From NCBI GenBank assembly GCA_047495785.1, contig JBLDXI010000046.1:1054001-1118000 (forward strand): DNA of 64,000 nucleotides, read 5' to 3'. Below, piece by piece: positions 57,800 to 64,000 of the stretch. The notes under the pieces were generated by a model. The model was not told the DNA's origin, did not search any database, and saw only the letters and a list, made by a program, of their open reading frames with translations. Position 1 is the first letter of the stretch, and every line of letters begins with the position of its first letter. This DNA is from Lepidodermella squamata (Eukaryota > Animalia > Gastrotricha). A program made the position numbers and the translations under genes.

Positions 57800-60700
57800 A
57801 TGAGTCAAGAAAATTCGTGCGTACAGAGTCCGAAGGGTTTTGATATGAAAATGGGTGGAAAAGCCTTCAGAAAGTACATTAAAGAGGGTTTTACATATGA
57901 TGAAATTGGTAAAAAATGGCTTAAAAATGGTCAGCCGTATATTCATCATGTTGTTAATCCTGAAGACGGAAGTTTAATCCCTGTTAATGGGGAAATATTT
58001 AATCAATTGATAGAACGTAATTATAAATATGAGAAATATAGAAACCAACTAAAAAAATTAGCATCTTCAAATGGTGGAAAAATTGAAGTCGGATCAAGAG
58101 AATTTGTAAAAATGGTTAGAAATACACATGCTTACGATTCTGAAAATAACATATTAATCAAATATAAAAATAAGATAAGTGGAGGATATGTATTTGACCC
58201 GATAAATGGTGAGCCTATACTGATAGGTGGAGAAAGATATGAAAGCTTGCGAAGACAGGGCTATGCTATTAAAGATAATTCAAATAAAATGTTTAAAAGA
58301 CAGGAAAAGATTGGGTTTGTTGTCAACCCAAAAACAATGAATAAGATCAAAATTGATGGCAATAAGTTTCATCAGCTCATTGCGGATGGATATAAATACG
58401 TTAAAGGTACTAACAGCTTAGAAAAGGATGATTACTTTCATATAGTAAATGTTGATAATTTCGGACATTTCAGAAATATTCTTTCTCGCACTGACTTAGA
58501 GCCTACAAACACATATGAAATAGATTTTTTCGAATATGCAAGGAAAATTAAACCTAAAGTAATAAACGAATATCGGAAACAATTCACTGAACGTGGCCCT
58601 GTAAAAGCTGTGTTGATAACAGCCTTATATTATCAAGAAAATAATGCGACACCAACTTATAAATGGAGTTCATCAAATGAGAGAGCTCCAACAATAATTA
58701 GTTGCGATGATATCCCTGGTGTTGTAGAAAATATGTTCACACAAATGGGGTCGAGTATTCAAGAATACCATCAGCGAGATACTGGTGGGACTTTGTTAGG
58801 TATTGGAAATACAAGCGTATGTACATTTACGTATACGCCGCTAGCAGCTGGCTCATATATCGAGACACCCAAATGGATCGCTAATAAAAAAGCTGTCATT
58901 AATGTCCAGAACAAAGATAATAAATGCATAATATGGAGCATTCTCGCTTCACGACATCGATTTGATGATCATGCTTACCGAGTTTCGAAGTATGTTAAAT
59001 ATGAAAGTACGATAAAAATTGAAGGTGTAAAATTCCCAATCAACATTAAAGATATATCGAAATTAGAAGATATGAATAAAATACGAATAAACATTATTGA
59101 ATGTGGGAAAATTGATAAGGAGGTCCTCTTCCCGTTTTACGTATCAGATAAAAAATTTCGAGAAGAAGTTAATCTGCTTAGAATTGTTGAAAATAAGCAA
59201 GCGCATTACTGCTGGATTAAAAATCCAAGTGCACTTTTATCACGAGTGAATAAGCATGAGCATAAGCGATTCTGGTGTTTCAAATGTTTTCAAGGTTTCA
59301 ATAGCGCCGAGTCAAAGCAACAACATATTGATAGACAGAAGTGCAATGAGAAAAATGGGAAAGTTAAAGTTGAAATGCCCAAGGGCGAATCGGTTATGTT
59401 TAAAAATTATGGCAAACAACTAAAAATACCATTTGTATTTTATTGCGACGCAGAGAGTTTCCTTGTTAAAACAGATGAGAAAAAGGGAGAAAACTCGAAT
59501 ATTTTCCAGAAACATGTAGCGAACTCTTTTGGTGCTTACCTTGCAAGTGATGTGGATCGCATCCCCTCACGTTATGTAAAATTTGATGGTGAGGAATGCA
59601 CTGAGAAATTTCTGAGATATTTGATAAAAACCGAATCTTTTTTGAGTTCATATCTGAGAAATACCAACAAGGCGATGCAATTGACAAGGCAGCAAGAAAC
59701 GGAATATAATAAGGCATCACAGTGTCATATTTGCAAAGGCGTCTTTGTCAATGATTCAGAGAAATTGAAAAAAGTGCGAGATCATGATCATCTGACAGGT
59801 TATTACAGAGGTGCAGCTCATAGTTTATGTAACTTGAAATATAGCTATAGAAATATCAATATACCAGTTGTATTTCATAATTTGAAAGGGTATGATGCAC
59901 ACTTGATTTTACAGGCAGCTGGAAAAGTGATAGAGGAAATAAATGAGGAAAGAATAGAAGAAAGGGATAAATTACCAAAGGATCAGAAAAATCGTAGCAA
60001 GAAACCTCTGCTACAGATAGGAGCGATTGCGAATAGCTCAGAGAAATTCATTTCCTTCAACGTTGGAAAATTAAGGTTCATGGATAGTCTTAATTTCATG
60101 TCAATAAGTTTGGCTGATTTGGTACAAAATTTGAAAAAATCAAACGGAGCGTTTTCTCATTTAAAGAGTCAATTTTCGAGGTTGACAGACCTGCAATTAG
60201 ATCTGATAAAACAGAAGGGATTTTATCCCTATGAATATATGGATGGCCCTGAAAAATTGGATGAGCCTTCGCTACCAGATATTGAACATTTTTCTAGCAG
60301 CCTTCACTCAAGTTCAATAGATGAGGAATTAGAGCGGGTACCAATATCACGAGAAGATTATGAACACGCTAAACGTGTATATAATGAATTTGGCTGTCGA
60401 AAACTGAAAGACTATCATAACCTTTATTTGAAAACTGATGTGTTACTTTTAGCTGATTGTTTCGAAAGTTTCAGGGAAACATGTATGAAATATTATACTT
60501 TGGATCCTGCTCATTATTTAACGGCACCAAGCTTGTCCTGGGATGCCATGCTGAAGAAAACCGGAGTTCAAATCGAACTATTAGATAACGAAGATATGCT
60601 GACATTTGTAGAGGAGGGAATTCGAGGCGGTGTCAGCGTAATTACACATAGATATGCAGCTGCAAATAACAAATACATGTTAGAATACGATCCAACGAAG

Positions 60701-62035
60701 CCTGATTCATATATTATATACCTGGATGCTAATAATCTTTACGGCTATGCCATGTCACAAGCATTGCCATTAGGGCGATATCAATGGGAAAATAACTTGG
60801 ATAAATATACCGCCGAATTTATAATGAATTTAGGAGATGATGATAACACTGGATATATGTTTATGGTAGATTTAGAATATCCTGCAACGCTGCATGATGC
60901 ACATAATGACTATCCATTCTGCCCTGAGCAGACAAGTTGCAACCCTAGCCCTTTCATGCAAAATGTTATCCAAGAATTGAAGCTACCGAAACAGCCAGCC
61001 ATAACAAAGCTGACTCAAAATCTAAATGACAAGACTTGCTATATTATTCATTACAGAAACCTGAAGCAGGCATTGAAAATGGGTTTGGTTTTGAAAAAAG
61101 TGCATAAAGTGTTGATCTTTGAGCAGTCTAAATGGCTGGCACCGTATATTGAATTTAATACTAAGAAGAGAAGCGAAGCTAAAAATGACTTTGAGAAAGA
61201 CTTCTTCAAATTAATGAATAATGCCGTATTCGGAAAAACTATGGAGAATCTAAGAAAAAGAGTTGACGTTAGACTTGTGACTCAATCCGCGAAATTACAA
61301 AAATTAATAAACAAGCCAAATTTCAAAGATGCCAAAGTTATTGCTGACGATTTATGCAGCGTGAATATGGCAAAAACGTCTATCAAATTTGATCGTCCGA
61401 TTATTGTCGGTTTCAGCGTTTTGGAATTATCAAAAACTTTAATGTATGATTTTCATTACAACGTGATAAAGAATAGTTATGGCGATAAAGCAAAGTTATT
61501 ATTCACTGATACTGATTCGCTGTGCTATCATGTAGAAACCGCAGATATATATAAGGACATGGAAAGTCTCAAAGAACTGATGGACTTCAGTGATTACCCT
61601 AAAGATCACGCATTGCATTCAAACATTAACAAGAAAGTTATTGGCAAGTTCAAAGATGAATGCGCGGGAGGTATAACCCTTTCAACCATTACTGAATTCG
61701 TTGGCTTGAGATCCAAATCTTATAGCTTTAAATCTACAGTAATTTCGAGTGCTGGGGATAACTCTGGGCTCTATAAACAGACATCAGTAAAGAAAGCTAA
61801 AGGAGTTGTAAAACATTGTGTGAAAAAGCAGATACAATTTGAAAACTATAAAGATTGCGTATTGAGGCATGTCGTGACTAAGGCTACGTTCAATCAAATC
61901 CGGTCCTTTAATCATAAGTTGGTAACTCTTCAAAGTACAAAAGTAGCCTTATGTCCATACGATGATAAAAGATATGTTTGTGATGATGGCCTAAAAACAT
62001 ATGCCCATGGGCATTACGCAGCATGTGCTTTTTGA
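57800..62035 (+). CDS. Protein-primed family B DNA polymerase (pPolB)
   Basis: Exonuclease YCDAES, FHNLKGYD, YLKTDV; polymerase YLDANNLYG, KLMNNAVFGK, FTDTDS; C2H2-like finger and endonuclease-VII-like insert (DHDHLTG..RGAAHSLCN). Confidence 0.97.
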   Translation: MSQENSCVQSPKGFDMKMGGKAFRKYIKEGFTYDEIGKKWLKNGQPYIHHVVNPEDGSLIPVNGEIFNQLIERNYKYEKYRNQLKKLASSNGGKIEVGSREFVKMVRNTHAYDSENNILIKYKNKISGGYVFDPINGEPILIGGERYESLRRQGYAIKDNSNKMFKRQEKIGFVVNPKTMNKIKIDGNKFHQLIADGYKYVKGTNSLEKDDYFHIVNVDNFGHFRNILSRTDLEPTNTYEIDFFEYARKIKPKVINEYRKQFTERGPVKAVLITALYYQENNATPTYKWSSSNERAPTIISCDDIPGVVENMFTQMGSSIQEYHQRDTGGTLLGIGNTSVCTFTYTPLAAGSYIETPKWIANKKAVINVQNKDNKCIIWSILASRHRFDDHAYRVSKYVKYESTIKIEGVKFPINIKDISKLEDMNKIRINIIECGKIDKEVLFPFYVSDKKFREEVNLLRIVENKQAHYCWIKNPSALLSRVNKHEHKRFWCFKCFQGFNSAESKQQHIDRQKCNEKNGKVKVEMPKGESVMFKNYGKQLKIPFVFYCDAESFLVKTDEKKGENSNIFQKHVANSFGAYLASDVDRIPSRYVKFDGEECTEKFLRYLIKTESFLSSYLRNTNKAMQLTRQQETEYNKASQCHICKGVFVNDSEKLKKVRDHDHLTGYYRGAAHSLCNLKYSYRNINIPVVFHNLKGYDAHLILQAAGKVIEEINEERIEERDKLPKDQKNRSKKPLLQIGAIANSSEKFISFNVGKLRFMDSLNFMSISLADLVQNLKKSNGAFSHLKSQFSRLTDLQLDLIKQKGFYPYEYMDGPEKLDEPSLPDIEHFSSSLHSSSIDEELERVPISREDYEHAKRVYNEFGCRKLKDYHNLYLKTDVLLLADCFESFRETCMKYYTLDPAHYLTAPSLSWDAMLKKTGVQIELLDNEDMLTFVEEGIRGGVSVITHRYAAANNKYMLEYDPTKPDSYIIYLDANNLYGYAMSQALPLGRYQWENNLDKYTAEFIMNLGDDDNTGYMFMVDLEYPATLHDAHNDYPFCPEQTSCNPSPFMQNVIQELKLPKQPAITKLTQNLNDKTCYIIHYRNLKQALKMGLVLKKVHKVLIFEQSKWLAPYIEFNTKKRSEAKNDFEKDFFKLMNNAVFGKTMENLRKRVDVRLVTQSAKLQKLINKPNFKDAKVIADDLCSVNMAKTSIKFDRPIIVGFSVLELSKTLMYDFHYNVIKNSYGDKAKLLFTDTDSLCYHVETADIYKDMESLKELMDFSDYPKDHALHSNINKKVIGKFKDECAGGITLSTITEFVGLRSKSYSFKSTVISSAGDNSGLYKQTSVKKAKGVVKHCVKKQIQFENYKDCVLRHVVTKATFNQIRSFNHKLVTLQSTKVALCPYDDKRYVCDDGLKTYAHGHYAACAF

Positions 62036-62793
62036 GTGATGACAAAAATTCACGCCCATAAGCGCGAGTTTGATGACTCATCAGAATTTCCGCCCTGTGG
62101 TGTCATGAGCAAATTTGAGATGATAAGTAAGGTCTGTTTATAAGTAGGAAACTATTTTGAGTATATTCTGAATTCGCGGAACTAACACGACGAATCATCT
62201 ATCATCCGTGGCCAATCAGCCATCAATCAGCTATCAGTATTTGAATTTTACGAGCTCAGAAAACCTGCGGCTAACCCTTGAGATTTGACAAAATTAATAT
62301 TAAAATAAATGTATAATTATTTTTAATTGCTAAATTTGTAAAAAAAAAAATTTTTTATTGCAACCTTGAATTTTCACCGTTGGCGGTAAAAGTACGGAGC
62401 ACGTTCTCGCCGGATTTCTTGAGTTGCACGCTAATTTTTCTGATTTCTGGGCTGCGAAGTCGCTTTTTTCATCGTGTGAACTGAAATTTCCTACCGTTCC
62501 TTGTAGAACTGATAATGTAGAATAATACTGTCGATTCAGATTTTATCTAGACATTTATTTAAGCATTTTTACCTATCAAATTCACCTGTCACCCCTGCTA
62601 TTTTCATCCTCCACGCAATCTTTTTCATATATAAAGTTCAGAAGGAAAATTAGCCATACTCCGCATTCATTGTTTTTTTAATGCTTTGTTATTTTTCTGT
62701 TTTAGCGTTACATATTTTTGAACAACCGCGTGCACGGTCGGTTATCGGATACCGGTGCATACTCTATTATTAGAATTAGAACTAGACATAAAA

Positions 62794-63735
62794 ATGTCGC
62801 ATCCGCTTCTGCTGGTCAATTTCTTGAAGCCGGGAAAAGGCGAAATCGAAAATGTGAATAACTCGATAGATTGGTACAACGATGATATAAGAAAATGGGA
62901 AGATAAGCTTAAGGCTACACTTCATGCGTGTCAACTGGTTGGTCGAGCGATTCAAGCTAATCCCGATTTCGGCCTTGCTCTTAATGATCCGCCGCTCGTC
63001 AATTTCCTGGTTGAAAGCATAGGCTTTGACATCAAGGATTTGCCGGACCTCAAGCTGCGAAAGTTTCCTAATCCTGTTGACGAGGCAGATGGCAGCGAAA
63101 ATCAGTCAGATGAGGAGTCTTCGCCAAAAAAACCAAAATTACTAGAAACGGTAGTTACTTTTACATATTGGTGTTTTGGTGTAAGCTATTCTATTTCAAT
63201 GTTAGGTATTCTGCGGAAAAACACACCGTGTCGATACTGACAAAGGCTTGATGCGTTTTCTCAAAGAAAGTTTGCGTGATGATGAAATGAGTCCCAGCTG
63301 CTCGCAAGAACTTCATGCTCAATCTACGATTCAATATGCTGTCATTTGTATTAAACATGGCATCAAACTGTTCAAGAATGGAAAGAGCGATAAACTCATG
63401 AACGGTAATATTATATTTCGATTTCACTCTAGATTTAACGCATGTATTCTTTTACAGCTTTTTTGCTGGGAAAATACCTAAGTGTTACTAAAGATATCTT
63501 CTACGCTAATCGAATGACTGGCGGGACTAAGATGAAGTATGTTGATTGGGTCTTTGACAATTTCAAACTTCGAAAAGCTATGACTTATAGGCATATTCAG
63601 TTGTACCAAATTTACAAATCTTTCCCTAAGCTCATGCGCTGCTGTGTGTCTATTCAGAAAATGATTGATCTAGGGGATAGGATTATTCATCTGTGTGAGA
63701 ATAATGATGAGTGGAAGCAAATTTGGAAAGATTAG
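62794..63735 (+). CDS. Three-exon hypothetical protein with C-terminal HTH-like domain (exons 62794-63150, 63206-63404, 63458-63735)
   Basis: Two GT-AG introns (55 and 53 nt) join three ORF-track frames in phase; C-terminus LGKYL...WVFDNFKLRK...RHIQLY...FPKL..C.VS. Confidence 0.7.
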
Positions 63736-63839
63736 AGCGGGATTTTGGACGACTGGTTTTTGGGCAATTTTTTAAAGATATTCTGAAATTCGAATCACAC
63801 AGATGAAGAGCTGAACAACCTTTAATAAATCATTAGAAA

Positions 63840-63906
63840 AGTCTATTCGAGTAGACTATTTGGTGACTCATCTTGATGATTCATCATTAGTCTACTCGAA
63901 TAGACT
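63840..63906. repeat. Perfect 19-bp inverted repeat
   Basis: agtctattcgagtagacta - 29 nt - tagtctactcgaatagact. Confidence 0.9.
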
Positions 63907-64000
63907 CTTGGTTTTGCTGATCTTATTTGTTATTAGTCCTTTTCTACTTGTTGATGTTAATTGTCTTCTTCGGTAGACTATGATTACGCTTCTTTAAAAA

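Larger units (their letters stand above)
44837..64000. mobile_element. Polinton/Maverick (adintovirus-type endogenous virus); right end outside the window
   Basis: Full core set: pPolB, rve integrase, A32-like ATPase, adenain, major and minor capsid. Left end is tentatively placed at AGTAGT (44837), a typical Polinton terminus, but is unconfirmed without the right TIR. Confidence 0.95.

Overview
Eukaryotic (invertebrate-like, AT-rich, many 45-60 nt introns) genomic DNA; the organism cannot be identified from this window. 1-42 kb is a segmentally duplicated host gene-family region. It holds a minus-strand birth-and-death cluster of TRIM-like RING/B-box-like/coiled-coil/ankyrin genes (3 apparently intact, 1 partial at the edge, several relics), two small secreted PAN/apple-domain genes, and two furin-like convertases, one of which lacks the catalytic His and oxyanion Asn. 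It also holds two intronless GABA-B-like class C GPCR genes (one broken), a defective PIF/Harbinger transposon, MITEs and a seemingly identical 2819-bp tandem duplication. From about 44.8 kb to the end lies an apparently intact Polinton/Maverick (adintovirus-type endogenous virus) encoding pPolB, a PLA2-integrase-chromodomain fusion, packaging ATPase, major and minor capsid, adenain protease, a VLTF3-like factor, gasderminX-like, fibre-like and amphipathic core proteins. Less expected features of the element are a shared TCTAG motif 12-13 nt before most virion-gene ATGs, two divergent Pol III-type RNA units in the left terminal repeats and an intron-containing gene. All assignments come from manual motif recognition; no searches were run and exon coordinates are hand-derived.
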